A stretch of 64,000 nt of DNA from Lama glama (Eukaryota), in assembly GCA_028534125.1 (NCBI GenBank), contig CM052816.1:44146001-44210000 (forward strand), given 5' to 3'. The translations under genes and the position numbers were made by a program. The notes beneath the pieces are model-generated. The model ran no database searches. It was not told the DNA's origin and saw nothing but the letters and a program-made list of their open reading frames with translations. Positions 28,000 to 40,535 of the stretch are shown one piece after another (position 1 is the stretch's first letter; each line of letters opens with the position of its first letter).

Positions 28000-28170
28000 G
28001 GAGCATGATGACATAATGTAAGAACTCAGAGACCACCTATGTCCAAACCCAGGCTCCGCCATTTATGATCTGATTGACTTAAGATAATTTTTTTAACGTC
28101 CAGAAACTTCAATATCTTTTTTTTTTGTAAATAGAGATAATAATGCATATCCAAGTTGTTTTAAAAATTG
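28000..28170 (+). mobile_element. MIR SINE
   Basis: caaacccaggctccgccattta...gacttaagataatt...tgtaaatagagataataat...gttgtttt. Confidence 0.65.
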
Positions 28171-28502
28171 GTCAAACTAAAATAAATCCCCACTTCCTTT
28201 GCAAAGTGGATCTTCCTACTAGCTGAGTCCTTTAAACCATGTGCCAAAAGTGGATTCAATTTAATAGGATTTTCTTATGGAAATGTTCAATTGCTCCTGT
28301 ACTTCTATACTACTTTCCACAAGCAGATCCTCACACACATTATTTTCAATATTTCTCCAGTTTTTCAGTGCAACTGATTAGGTTAACCTAATCTATGGAT
28401 TAGGTTTCAAACAAATTATTTGGTTAGTAGTTGTCTTCTTTCAAATCCTCCAATTTTGATCAAAATTTATCTCTTATTTAAAAATCTAAAATAGCAGCTG
28501 AC

Positions 28503-29012
28503 TGAGTCGTATGAGCTGCTTATATATTCTGGAGATCAAGCCTTTGTCGGTTTCACTTGCAAAAATTTTCTCCCATTCCATAGGTTTTCTTCTTGTTTTA
28601 CTTCTGGTTTCCTTTGCTGTGCAAAAGTTTCATTAGGTCCCATTTGTTTATTCTTGCTTTTATTTCTTCTAGGAGAAAATTTTTGAAATGTATGTCAGAT
28701 AATGTTTTACTTATGTTTTCCTCTAGGAGGTTTATTGTATCTTGTCTTATGTTTAAGTCTTTAATCCATTTTGAGTTGATTTTTGTATATGGTGTAAGGG
28801 AGTGTTCTAGCTTCATTGTTTTACATGCTGCTGTCCAGTTTTCCCAACACCATTTGCTGAAGAGACTGTCTTTATTCCATTGTATATACTTGCCTCCTTT
28901 GTTGAAGATGAGTTGACCAAAAGTTTGTGGGTTCATTTCTGGGCTCTCTATTCTGTTCCATTGGTCTATATGTCTGTTGGTACCAATACCATGCTGTCTT
29001 GATGACTGTAGC
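28503..29012 (-). mobile_element. Young LINE-1 ORF2 fragment running into the gap
   Basis: Minus-strand peptides [10 protein letters not shown] and [15 protein letters not shown]...[11 protein letters not shown]...[16 protein letters not shown]...INKWDL, typical of the L1 ORF2p region C-terminal to RT. Confidence 0.95.
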
Positions 29013-29512
29013 NNNNNNNNNNNNNNNNNNNNNNNNNNNNNNNNNNNNNNNNNNNNNNNNNNNNNNNNNNNNNNNNNNNNNNNNNNNNNNNNNNNNNNNN
29101 NNNNNNNNNNNNNNNNNNNNNNNNNNNNNNNNNNNNNNNNNNNNNNNNNNNNNNNNNNNNNNNNNNNNNNNNNNNNNNNNNNNNNNNNNNNNNNNNNNNN
29201 NNNNNNNNNNNNNNNNNNNNNNNNNNNNNNNNNNNNNNNNNNNNNNNNNNNNNNNNNNNNNNNNNNNNNNNNNNNNNNNNNNNNNNNNNNNNNNNNNNNN
29301 NNNNNNNNNNNNNNNNNNNNNNNNNNNNNNNNNNNNNNNNNNNNNNNNNNNNNNNNNNNNNNNNNNNNNNNNNNNNNNNNNNNNNNNNNNNNNNNNNNNN
29401 NNNNNNNNNNNNNNNNNNNNNNNNNNNNNNNNNNNNNNNNNNNNNNNNNNNNNNNNNNNNNNNNNNNNNNNNNNNNNNNNNNNNNNNNNNNNNNNNNNNN
29501 NNNNNNNNNNNN
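29013..29512. other. Assembly gap (500 N)
   Basis: Exactly 500 Ns; the round number suggests a placeholder size. Confidence 1.
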
Positions 29513-30344
29513 AGAACACATATTTAGTAAAATTATAAATAGGTGAAATATATCCTTTTTCTTATTATCTATAAATATTACTTGTTGATACTCTTTTATA
29601 AAAGAACAAAGACATCATGAATTTTTCCTTGAAATTTGCTGTTGTCTCTCTTTGGTCTTCTTAATTCTTCTCTTCGTAAGAGCGAGAAATGTAGAAGAAA
29701 TGCTTATTTTCAATTTTCTTCCACTTTTTTGCTTTAATGTCGTAATCTTAGAAGTGTTTGTCATTAAAAACCTGCCTTTATCTTCAAACAAAATAACATA
29801 GTGGAAAAATGTATTCACTTTCTGACATGTTTATTTGCCTGTTTACATCATAAAATCAATAAATATTATCTATTTAGCAAAAAAAAAAAAACTTGATTTA
29901 CTTGCCATGCAGAATATGGGATAAGTTAACACATTGCATGTTTACATTTTGGAGAATTGAGACTTACATGTACAAACACATAATGGGCCATAGAAGTACT
30001 TAAGTATTTCTGTGCTAAATTTTGGGGTAAGGATTAAAAGTCTCTCATGCTTCTTGAGTAGCAATATTCAAAAAGAATACGGAAAGTCTCCTAGAAGGAG
30101 GATTTTAAGTGCTCACTGGAGGAGGTTTAGGCAGTCAAGAGGAAAGACTAGGATCTTCCTGGAGATAAGAACGACATAGACAAAGAATAAATGTGGGAGT
30201 GAGCAAGGCAAACGCCAGGTTGCTGAAGGTTCTATTTATACTAAAGAAGAAGGTTGGGAGTAAAAGAAAGTAATTTCATAGGTTATCTGGATAGAAAGTT
30301 TTCAAAGATAAAAATTTATTATTCTTTCCATGATGAAGTCAATT

Positions 30345-30517
30345 ATTTATTTTACTTTTTTTTTATTGAAGTGTAGTCAGTTTACAGTGTATCAATTTCT
30401 GGTGTTGAGCATGTTTCAGTTACATATACGTATATTCATTTTCATTTTATTTTTCCTTATAGATTACCAGATATTGAATATAGTTCCCTGAGCTATACAG
30501 TTGTTTATTATATATAG
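30345..30517 (-). mobile_element. Short 5'-truncated lineage-specific L1 3' end
   Basis: T-rich tail followed by ttattgaagtgtagtcagtttaca...atattgaatatagttccctgagctatacag, a cetartiodactyl-type L1 3' UTR. Confidence 0.85.
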
Positions 30518-30539
30518 GTTAAAGTTAATTCTTAGATGA

Positions 30540-30849
30540 CTTTTAAAATTTAGACTGGCATTTGATTTACAAGAAAGTTGTGAAGATAGTCAAGAGTTCC
30601 CGTGTACCTACACCTAATTTCCCCTATTATTAGTGTTTTATAATAATAGTATGGTACACGTATCACAATTATGGAGCAACTATGACAGATCATTATTAAC
30701 TAAAGTGTATACTTCACTTAGATTTTCTGAGTTTTTACCTAAAGACATTTTTCTGCTTCAGGATCCTCTCCAGGATGCCATATTATGTTTAGTCTCAATG
30801 TCTCTGTAGACTACTCTGAGTTGTGACAATTTCTCAAACTTTCCTTGCT
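30540..30849 (-). mobile_element. L1MC4-like 3' UTR fragment
   Basis: gatttacaagaaagttgtgaagatagt...cattattaactaaagt...caggatcc...ttgtgacaatttctcaaactttccttg. Confidence 0.75.
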
Positions 30850-32336
30850 TTTTTAAATTGAAGTATAGATGCCATACAATATTATACGGGTTATAAGTAA
30901 TATAGTGACTAGCAGTTTTAAAGGCTATATTAATTTATAGTTATTAAAAATATTGGCTATAATCCCTGTGTTTTATGATACATCCTTATAGCTTATTTTA
31001 TGCCTAATAGTTTGTACGTCTCACTCCCCTACTTATATCCCAATACTGCTCCTCTTCCCCACCTTCTCCCCACTGATTACCATTGGTTTGTTGTCTATAT
31101 ATGAGTCTGTTTCTTTTTTGTTATATATTGAACTTGTATTTTTCAGATTCCACATATAAGTGAGATAGTACAGTATTTGCTTTCTTTCTCTGACTTACTT
31201 CACTTAGCATAAGGCCCTCTGGGTCCATCCATGTTGTTACAAATGTCAAAATTTTGTTCTTTTTTCTTTTGGCTAAGTAATATTCCACTGTATGTATATG
31301 CCACATCGTCTTCATCCATTCGCATGTTAATGGACACTTGGTTTGCTTCCATATTTTGGCAATTGTACATAATGCTGATGTAAACATTGAAGTACATGTA
31401 TCTTTTCAAATTAGGTTTTGTTTTGTTTTTTTTCCAGATACATACTCAAGAGTGAAGTTGCTGGGTCATATGGTAGCTCAATTTTTAGCTTTTTGGGAAA
31501 TCTCCATACTGTTTTCAGTGGTAGCTGCACCAATTTACATTCCCACCAACAGTGTAGGATGGTTTCCTTTTTTCCATATACTCGCCAACATTTGTTATTT
31601 GTGTTCTTTTTGATGATAGCCATTATGACAGGTGTGAGGTGATAATTCATGATAGTTTTGATTTGCATTTCTCTGCTGATTAGTGATGTTGAGCATCTTT
31701 TCATGTGCCTATTGGCCATCTGCGTGTCCTCTTTGGAAAAATGTCTATTCCTGTTCTTCAGCCCATTTTTAAATTAGTTTATTTGTTTTTTCAATATTGA
31801 GTTGTATAAGCTATTTACATATGCTGGATATTAATTCCTTATCAGTCATATCATTTGCAAATGTTTTTCCCATACAGCTGGTTTTTTGTTTTCTTGATTT
31901 CTTTTGCTGTGCAAAAGCTTTTAAGTTTAATTAGGTCCCATTTGTTTATTTTTGCTTTTATTCCCTTTGCTTCAGGAGATCCAAGAAAATATTGCTGCAA
32001 TTTATGTCAAAGAGTGTTCTGCCTATATTGCCTTCTAGGAGTATTATGATATATGGTAGTATATTTAGGTCTTTAACCCATTTTGAGTTTATTCATTCCT
32101 TTACGTGTAGCTGTAAAGTTTTCCCAGCACCACTTTTTGAAAGACTGTCTTTTTCTCCGTTGTATATATTTTTGCCTCTTTTATTACAGATTAATGATTG
32201 TAAGCGTGTGGGTTTATTTCTGGGCTCTCTATCCAGTTCCATTGATCTATGTATCTGTTTTTGTGCCATTACCATACTGTTCTGATTACTGTAGCTTTAT
32301 AGTTTGAAGTCAGGGAATGTGATATATTCAGCTTTG
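30850..32336 (-). mobile_element. 5'-truncated LINE-1 (3' UTR plus ORF2 C-terminus)
   Basis: 3' end ttttaaattgaagtataga; ORF2 cysteine-rich domain remnant HMKRCSTSL...KCW...[10 protein letters not shown] (31411-31719) and MFTSALCTIAKIWKQTKCP; frameshifted. Confidence 0.95.
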
Positions 32337-32845
32337 TCAAATGAATACAAAATTTAGGATCCTAGTCAATACTGCCAAATATTGCGGTAAATTTCATGGA
32401 ATATGTTCACAAGAATTTCAAAAATTGTTTTCTAATTTCTTAATACTTGAAATTTCCTAAATTTTGGGAATAGACTCTGAATGTTAACAGTAAGATGGGA
32501 GATGCATATATCCTACCCACATACCTTCCTATCACATTTCTCAAATAAGATTGTAGAAACGGCATTTATTTTTACTGTAAAGGCCATATAGCTTTATTGA
32601 ATACAAGGAGTTTAATGAAGGCACTACGATTCTGATTTCTAATTTTCTAAAAAAAGTAATATATATTTGATAGTAAGTCCCAGTAGCTTATCTTATGTGT
32701 CCCAGTGTCTTTGAAATGTTTCAGGTTGTCTGCAATTACACTTAAGGGGTTAACAAAATATTTTTAAAAAGCCAGTTCTAAAACCAAAATTTATTTTGGT
32801 TGAACATATGCAGATGTGTGTATTCCTTTCTCTTCCTCTCTCTAG

Positions 32846-32880
32846 ACACACACACACACACAAACACGCGCACACACACA
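32846..32880. repeat. Interrupted (CA)n microsatellite
   Basis: Directly visible. Confidence 0.9.
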
Positions 32881-35359
32881 TCAGCACCTTCTGAGATAAT
32901 GTTTACAAATATCCTAATCAGACTTGGAGCTAAGGTAATCTATTTGGCCCAGTATAAATATACAGGTCACTAATATATTACTGTGCTGGTATGCTATATG
33001 TCCTAAATTCTTGGTAAAAGAAACGCCATAGGAAAAAGAAAAAAAATCAGGGCCATAAGAGTTGTGTACAAATGTGACAAAGATTCTCCCTCTCTGAAGT
33101 AAGGCTGGGGTGGGGGGTCGAGGAGTATCATACACATAAAGTCTGAATGAGGGAGTGGCAGGTGAATGGGCTACAATTTCATCTTGAAAACCCTCTGTCT
33201 CTCTTCTAAGTCAGAACCTCTGCATAATAGCAGCACAGTGGTAGATGTGGCAGAGCACACAGGGCTGCATCCACTACACCAGAGACCAAAGTGTCATTAC
33301 TTGATGAACTGTTTGCTATTAGAAAGCAAACAGCTAAGCATGCAAACTGGAAAGCTGTTCTGACCTTCCTCCTGTCTGGTCCCCAGGGAGGCCATTTTTT
33401 TTAAAAAAGGGAAACCATTGATTTTTCACATCAGACAGATACGTATCACAACTGGTAGTAAATTGCCCATGATTCCCTGTATTATGTTCCCCAGGGAGTC
33501 TTCTGTAAGGAGAAACCAGTGATTTCAACTTTTCAGGTATGAAGTCGCCCTTAAATTATCTCTTTTATGATCTTGGTCCATACTGTGTCAATAACGGGAA
33601 AACAAAAAAGAACATAGTTCAGGCATATAAAGAATGGATATTTGCTAAAAGGACAGGACAAGAACGTCTACTCGAAAGTGTTTAAGACTACTTTCATGCA
33701 CGACTCAAAATTATTGTTCTCAAGAAATATAGGACTGCTTTATGTTCCTGTGAATACACACATTTGTAATAAGACGAGATTAATTCCATATTGAATTTGT
33801 AGTCAACATCCTCATCTCTAAGTGTAATACAAAGTTGGAATGTTAAAATGTCCAAACATGATTTAATTTCCATTTCTTATGCAATTATTCTAGTTCTCAA
33901 ATATCCCCTTCTGTGACATCTTAGAATATCTCTTTGTTCAGAATAACTTGTTCAGAATAACTCTTTAAAAGTATTTTAACATTAAGAATTCAATGGGGGT
34001 AGAAGAAAAACAAAAAGTCAATCCAAAGGGACTTACGTCTTTATTTTCTACCTCATTTGTTTTCTAAACGATGGTTTGGAAGGGCTAGTCTAACACGCAA
34101 AAAATGTACTTTACTACGGGAGTCCAGAAAAATGTGTAATCAATTAGAATCTATATAACACTAACACTTCTTTGAACTCTTATATAATTTGGCAACTCTT
34201 GAAACACAGTGTCCCTGTCCTACCTATTTCCGTGTACGTCTCTGAACTCTGTCTTTCATTGGGTATCTCCCATTTTCAGATGCTTTCTCTTGCTCCCATA
34301 GTGTCTTCCAGCAGCAGTGCATCTCAACTATGGTCTGTCAGCAACCATAGCACTAAGAGAGCACCTGCATTAAAGGTGTATCTGCAGAAGTGCTGCAGTT
34401 ACGTCATGCTGGTTTGTTTTGGGGACAGTGGCAGGGCCAGACCCAGTGGTGGGCCAGACCACCTGGCATTCTTATTGGGATGGAGTTGTGAATATGGTCA
34501 GCCCTGGGTGAAGCAAATGGGTGGGGATTTTATCCAACAGAAATCAGGGTGCAGCAATAAAATGGGGAAATAGATGCTTTCCAAACAAGTCCTCCTCTAC
34601 AAGTTTTGATCTTTTGAGAAATGGAAGGTGTTGGGAATTGATGTAAATACTGATTCTTCTGTGCTTACTTAAAAATTTGTGTTCCTATCAATTACTGATC
34701 ATCACCTTATGAAGTGAAAACAAGAGTGTTGTAAGGAGAAAAGTGCTGACTGAGCTGGGAAGTGGAAGTACTAATCACTAATTTCAGTTTTACCATTGAA
34801 CTGGGCTAAGTGCTTTGAGTAGTCAGACGAAGAGGTTGGTCAGGTCATTTCTAGGTCTCTCCCACCTCTTTGTAATTCGTAAGTACCATCAATGACCCTT
34901 TATAATGTATGTCTAAAGGTGTTTAAACCAGATGGGTGGCCTCAGACTAGCAAAAAGAGTGACATCATGTGATCCCAATAGTTGAGGAAGAAAGGCTTAT
35001 TGTATTTGGGAGAACTCCAGAGTTCCTGTGTTGTCTCACGGGCTTGCATTTTTATTCATATTTTCCTTATAATTTGTCGTAATTACTCAACCATTTCAAA
35101 CACCACCCAAAATAGACACTACAAGATTGCATTTTCATTTTAGTCTGTCTAGCTGTTGCATACCTAAAGAAAAATAAATAAAAACTCTGAAAGGCAGCCA
35201 ATTCAAATATTGCACACCTGGCTCCCATTTGTTACAAGATTATCACTGAAAACAAAGATTCTTGACTTTTACAGCCCTCAGTCCCATGGCCTCCTCAGCA
35301 GTACTCCTGAGTCTAACCTGGTAGAAACTGAACTAAGAACAGAAGAACTGCTCCCCCGC

Positions 35360-35360
<1 letters not shown>

Positions 35361-35395
<35 letters not shown>
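35361..35395 (+). repeat. Pure A35 homopolymer
   Basis: 35 consecutive A residues. Confidence 0.98.
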
Positions 35396-35399
<4 letters not shown>

Positions 35400-37149
35400 T
35401 GCTCTCCATATTAATGTCTCCCTCTCCTGGCCCCTGAACTCAATGACAGCATTTAAAACAAAAGTATAAAAAAAAGGAAATAATGACAGCAAGAAACATG
35501 TTGGGTTCCTTCCATCCTCCCACCCACGTGTAATGATAAAACTAAAATACAACAAAAACATCTTCTTTTGGCAGGAGAGTTTTGCTTTTCTTTTGGAGAT
35601 ACCAAGTCTCCATAAAAGAAATTAAAAATGCAACATTTATCTCTTGAGTTCTTTCAGTTTTAAAAATGTTTAAGTTTCTTAAATATGTAATTGGATTAGA
35701 AATGATAAAGAAAAACACAATAGGACAGACTGCCAGAAGGGCCGCCTGCTGCCTAGGTGTGTCTGCATTTCACCATTTTGTTCCAGCTCCAAATTGTAAT
35801 TTGTAGTTACAGTAGGCTTGCCAGGTTCACTGGGTCTGTGAGAAAAGTAAACACAGAGAATAGAATTTTAAACGTAGAATGCTGTTCAAGAAGACTTCAA
35901 AGTTATTAAGACCAACCCTCTGGCTCTAAGTCTGATTGCTCTTCAAGTATCCCGGATATTGAGTAGTTTGCCATCTTTCCCTTCCCTTCCCATCCTACCC
36001 CTTCCCTTCCCTTGCTTTCGATTTAGATGCATATATTTGAATAATCTTATCTCATTTGAAAATATCTACATATCTGAAAATCTTTACTAAAAAAAATTAT
36101 GTCTTACAATGATTGTTCAGCTATTATGTCTTTTTCAAGCCTATTAAAAAATCAATCTCATTATATATGAAGAACAGCAATATTCTGTTCTTTTATATTA
36201 TGTAAACTGTGCAAATAGATTAGGCATTACCTATCTAACTGAAAATAACTTCACCCCAGTAGAACAAGCCTCTTGGTAATCTGTCAGTCGTATGTAACCC
36301 AGATACAGGATAATATTTTCTTTTTCTTCAACTTTTCACTCAGGGATTCTAGACACACTGTACCTGAGTTCCCTTACCTTAGTATAAGCAAGAATCGTTA
36401 ATAATTGCATGTAGTTGAATCTTGATACAGAGCTGAGTGAATAGTGGGTCAAAGAATTCCAAGTGGTTGATTATGGAAAGTCAGTGGGAAATATGGACAA
36501 ATTCCAGCACAGGGCAAATGAGGAACTGGAACCTAAAGGAGGAGTACTTGTAGAGGTGTCCAATGTGGGAGTTAGCCATGGAGGGAAAGCTGGAGGTTAG
36601 TGTGAATAGATAGGATGCGTCATGATTATTAGAACCTAGTTTTGCGTGGACAAGAATGTGAGGCCTAAGCTTTCAAGAACAGAGGGTGATAGATAAAGCT
36701 CAGTGTGGGTGCAATAGCAGGGAGATGGCAGGTTCAGTCAAGATCAGAACAAAAGGATCTCATAGTGAAATGGAGTTTGTGTTAGTAGAAGAAAAAACTC
36801 AGTAACAAATCCTGGACAGATGTGAGGTGGGGATAGAATATTTCCTATGAGTTATACTGCCTCTCCCAACTTCTCAACAAACCACCTGCCCGGGTTGCTA
36901 GTTGCAGTTTCTTCTCTTCCCGCAACAGTAATAAGCTGAATTTCTCTGCAAGATTCAAGAAGATTGCCTTGAACCCAGGGACGGGAACTCTTGGTCAATT
37001 CTCACCTGTAAAATCCAAAGTAAAGAGTATTTCCAAGAACAAATTGATCTGCACAAATTCTTTGTCATGGCTTTAAATTAATAGTGTTTGAAAATATGAA
37101 ACCAAAGGAAGGAAACTCCTCTTTAAGAAAATGAATTTGTAATTTGTTT

Positions 37150-37590
37150 AAAAATTCTAACACCAATGTGTCTGAAGTAAAATGAAAGATATATTCTCAT
37201 TCACTACTCAGTTGGTACAAAATATCTAGATGACAACTTGTCAATATGCACAGACATTTTTAAAAATATTGATGCTACTAATTCTTAGGAATTAAAAATT
37301 AAAGATAAAAGATTTAAAAAGTATAGGTATTTATTACACTATAATTTATAATATTAGATGGTCTGAGTGATCAACAATTAGGAACTGGATATTAGAAGTG
37401 GTTAATTCATGTTACAGAATATTATGCAGTAATTAAAAAGTCAGGCTTTTGAAGAATACTTAGTGACAATAAAGAATGTTTCTTGCATAATAAAAGGCAG
37501 GCTGGACATGTGTATGATTCATAATCTCAATTTTGTAAAAACATTTAAAAATAGCAGATGGAAAAAGTATACTAAAGTAAACAAAATTAG
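37150..37590 (+). mobile_element. Old L1ME-like 3' fragment
   Basis: ttggtacaa...caacttgtcaatatg...ttatgcagtaattaaaaag...aaaaggcagg...ataatctcaattttgtaaaa resembles L1ME 3' ends in sense orientation. Confidence 0.55.
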
Positions 37591-37904
37591 CTAATGTATT
37601 CATTTATTCACTCAACACAATTACTGACACCTGTCACTGAGTGTATAGAGTGGAGTTGTCACTCTAGTAGTAGGTAGGAGATGAAAAATTGAGTAATTTA
37701 GATAGATAGATGATAGACATGTATATTTAGTTATATTAAGTTATCTTGAAGTCCTTAATAAAATATGGAAGATTATACAAACGTTTACTTCATAGAACTA
37801 CTTCAGGAATTAAATATCTGCAAAGTGCCTAAAATAGCAAATGTACAATAAATGTCACAATCTACAATTTTTATTGTTATTCCTTCTTCTCTATCTTATT
37901 TTTC

Positions 37905-38066
37905 CCAGGGGACATGAACTTGGGCAAGTCACCTCTCTTCAGACGAGGCCAATTCATAAAGAAGGGTGATAGAGAGGCCTGTCAGCTGACTATGGTCCCA
38001 GAAAACAGGAAACTAAGTCCTTCATTCCTGAAGAAGGATCTTCATGGCACATTAGAGCATTTTCCA
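37905..38066 (-). mobile_element. ERV-L LTR (LTR16-like), 5' part of the provirus 3' LTR
   Basis: Minus strand atgctctaatgtgccatgaagatccttcttcaggaatgaaggactta...ctgaagagaggtgacttgcccaagttcatgtcccc resembles the start of LTR16-family LTRs; lies downstream of ERV-L pol on the same strand. Confidence 0.7.
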
Positions 38067-38319
38067 GACACTTCTTGGTTACTCATCCAAATTGAGGCTA
38101 TAACATGGTTGTAGGGAGGATAGTAGAAGAGGGTTGTTCAGGAAGCTGTGGGTGTTTCTGTCTCCACCTCCTTCTCCTCTTACTCCTCCCTTGCTCCTCC
38201 CTAACACATGCTCTTTTTCCTACCACTTTGCTACAGGGTAATTTTCTTCTACTTAAAACCTAGGAAAGGGAGTTCTAATTGGTCCACTTAGAGAACTCTG
38301 AAGTGTATCTCCTGGAGCT

Positions 38320-39470
38320 CAGAGGATGCGTTAAGCTGGTGTCTGACTCACACTGGCAAGCTGCTGTCTGTGAAGCATAAAGCAGTCAGTGATATGGGGT
38401 TAGTCATGGCAATACATTCAGTCTCTCCTGTAACCCAGTCTCAAACCAGAAGCTGTTTCTCAAAAGATGAAGAGTTATTTGCAGAGGGTGACATAGCATT
38501 GCTGTCAAACCCTAAAAGTCTGCAGTGTTATTTATGTAGAGAGTCCTACCAGAAGGCTCTTTACAATGCCCTGTCTGTCGCAGATACTTCAAGGATCACT
38601 TAATCTGTGGGGTCAGACAGCCCAGCGAGCAGAGTGGATTACGCGTTAGCCTGCAACTATAGCAGAGCCTTCTCTCACTCTGGGTCCACTCAAAACTGGC
38701 AGTCTTTTGGAATACTTGACAGATGACTAAAATTAGTCCACCAAATGGAGTACGTATTTCCTTAAAAATTTATAAAAGCCCACCAGGCAGCATGCCTCTT
38801 ACTTAGTGGGACCAAGAACAAGCTGCTCTTCACTATGAAAAGAAGACACCAAGGACTCATCAAGACACTGAGACTGCAGGTCCCTGAACCTTTGTAGGAT
38901 TTATTTCAGATCCTCTGGTATGCAAGTGTCTTACCAAACCACCACACTGCTACCTCCTTTTCACCAGGTGCAGTCAACACAATGTCATCAGTGTCACACA
39001 CAGTTGTAATTTCCTGTGGATTGGAGAGGTGATTAAAGTCCCTACAGGCTAGATGATGATATAGGCATGGAGAAATAATGTAGCCCTGCAGTAAAAGAGT
39101 GAATGTGTGTTGATGGTCCTGCCAGCTGAAAGCAAACTACTTCTAACAGTTTTTACTAGAAGTATAGGGAAAAATTATTTGGTAAACCAGATATTAAACA
39201 ATGTGTTGTTATGCTCCAGCAGTAAAATGATACTTGAAAAGCAGGTGTAATTGGAGTCAACATTTGATTAAATTTACAATAACCCACTGTAATTCCCTAA
39301 AACCCATTTTACATGCACCAGCCAAATAGGTGGGCTGAAGGGTTATGACTTAAGAATCACCATCCTTGTACCCTCAGTTCCTTGGTGATGGCATTGATCT
39401 CTGTAATCCTTCTAGGAATGTATTGTTACTTTTAGTTGACTATTTTGGTAAACAGAAGGAATTCTGGTGA
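38320..39470 (-). pseudogene. pol: ERV-L pol remnant (reverse transcriptase and RNase H-like region)
   Basis: Manual minus-strand translation FAFSWQDHQHTFTLLLQGYIISPCLYHHLACRDFNHLSNPQEITTVCDTDDIVLT; the YxDD motif has decayed to DTDD at 38984-38995. Further downstream: VILEVSATDR and LGFDSNAMSPSANNSSSFEKQLL. Stops and frameshifts present. Confidence 0.9.
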
Positions 39471-39473
39471 CAT

Positions 39474-39743
39474 TCATTTAGCCTTTTCTATTATAGTAGC
39501 ACAGCCTCTCCAGGTCAGAGGACTGAAGTGGGAGTTGCTGAATATCTCAGTTCCAGTTATGCATTCTGGAAATGCAGAAATGGCCAAAGTTGGGGGGTGA
39601 GAGCTGCTGGGCCCATTGTGAGGCGAACCTGATCCCTGTGAGTTTCTAGAAATTAGTGTCAATTGAGAGCCAATGTTCAGTAATCCCTGAGAAGTCTTTT
39701 TATTTCCTCTTCCCCAAAGCACAGCCATGCTGGTAAATGGCAT
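39474..39743 (-). pseudogene. pro: ERV-L protease remnant
   Basis: PFTSMAVLWGRGNKKTSQGLLNIGSQLTLIS...AISAFPECITGTEIFS matches recalled ERV-L protease (HWGKGN..FRGLLDTGSELTLIP...ISPVPECIIGIDIL); catalytic DTG has become NIG. Confidence 0.88.
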
Positions 39744-39759
39744 CAGATACCTTTGGGAA

Positions 39760-40535
39760 AGTTAGAAGAAGAAAAGTACAGTACAAAAATTTAGCTATGT
39801 AATAATGTCTTCCACAAGAGTACCTGACCTCCTTCGTTCAAGGGTCTTTGGGCTTATGAACTGACAAATTCTGGAACGGGTGAAGGGGCATGAGTTTTCA
39901 TGTTGTGATTCAATTCAGATTCCTGTTCACCGATCTGGTGTTTTTCCATTTAGACAAATCAAGTGAGATTTTAGTAAGCTGACAACCTACGTCAGTTTTA
40001 GGGATGCTGTGGTCAACTAGCCAACGCCGAAGATTATACTTGGCTCTGCTTCTCACTCTGGTGAATGTACTGGCCTTGTGTTTGGTAATTAAATGCTGCC
40101 CCTTTACCCCAGCCAACCACAAGCTGCTCATCTCCATTGTATTTGGGGGAGCTCAGTTTGATGATAGCAGTTCTGATCTACAGTTCTTAGCCAGCACTGA
40201 GATCTTCAAGGACGCTGTTGCTCTCCTAACAAGTGCTTTCCCCATAATGTTGGTGGAGAGACCAACTCCGAGACCCTCCAAGTGAACACGCTTACGCAAT
40301 TGGTGATCCGGATTTCCTAATCTAACATTCCAGTATCGGTATGTTTTCTCTTCTGTTGTACCAAAAATATCCTGGTAGTTCAAGTTTATTTAGTATAAAC
40401 CACATTTGGTTCTTGGTTCCAGTCAATAAATCAAACAAACTTCTCCAGTCATTCCCAACTACCTGAGCTAATGCATTGAATCCACATCCTCTGCAGAGAA
40501 GGGATCCACTACAATGAACTGGAACCCATATCACT
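39760..40535 (-). pseudogene. gag: ERV-L gag remnant (3' part)
   Basis: GFNALAQ...SLFDLL...LELP..W (40322-40534), LVRRATASLKISV (40153-40383) and LRRWLVDHSIP (39910-40137) resemble ERV-L Gag; fragmented. Confidence 0.8.

Noticed and set aside
28598..29546. Longest ORFs in the track (189-307 aa)
   Set aside because: They run through the 500-N gap; the real residues are L1 ORF2 or its antisense.
33934..33962. Short tandem duplications (ttgttcagaataac x2; also cacaaactgggt x2 near 2515-2540)
   Set aside because: Ordinary local slippage duplications; only two copies and no spacers, so not CRISPR-like or an array.
34172..34573. 133-aa ORF
   Set aside because: TTG start, no recognisable domain and no convincing splice context.
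38320..40535. Domesticated (functional) ERV-L gene
   Set aside because: Multiple stops and frameshifts, and loss of the protease and RT catalytic motifs.
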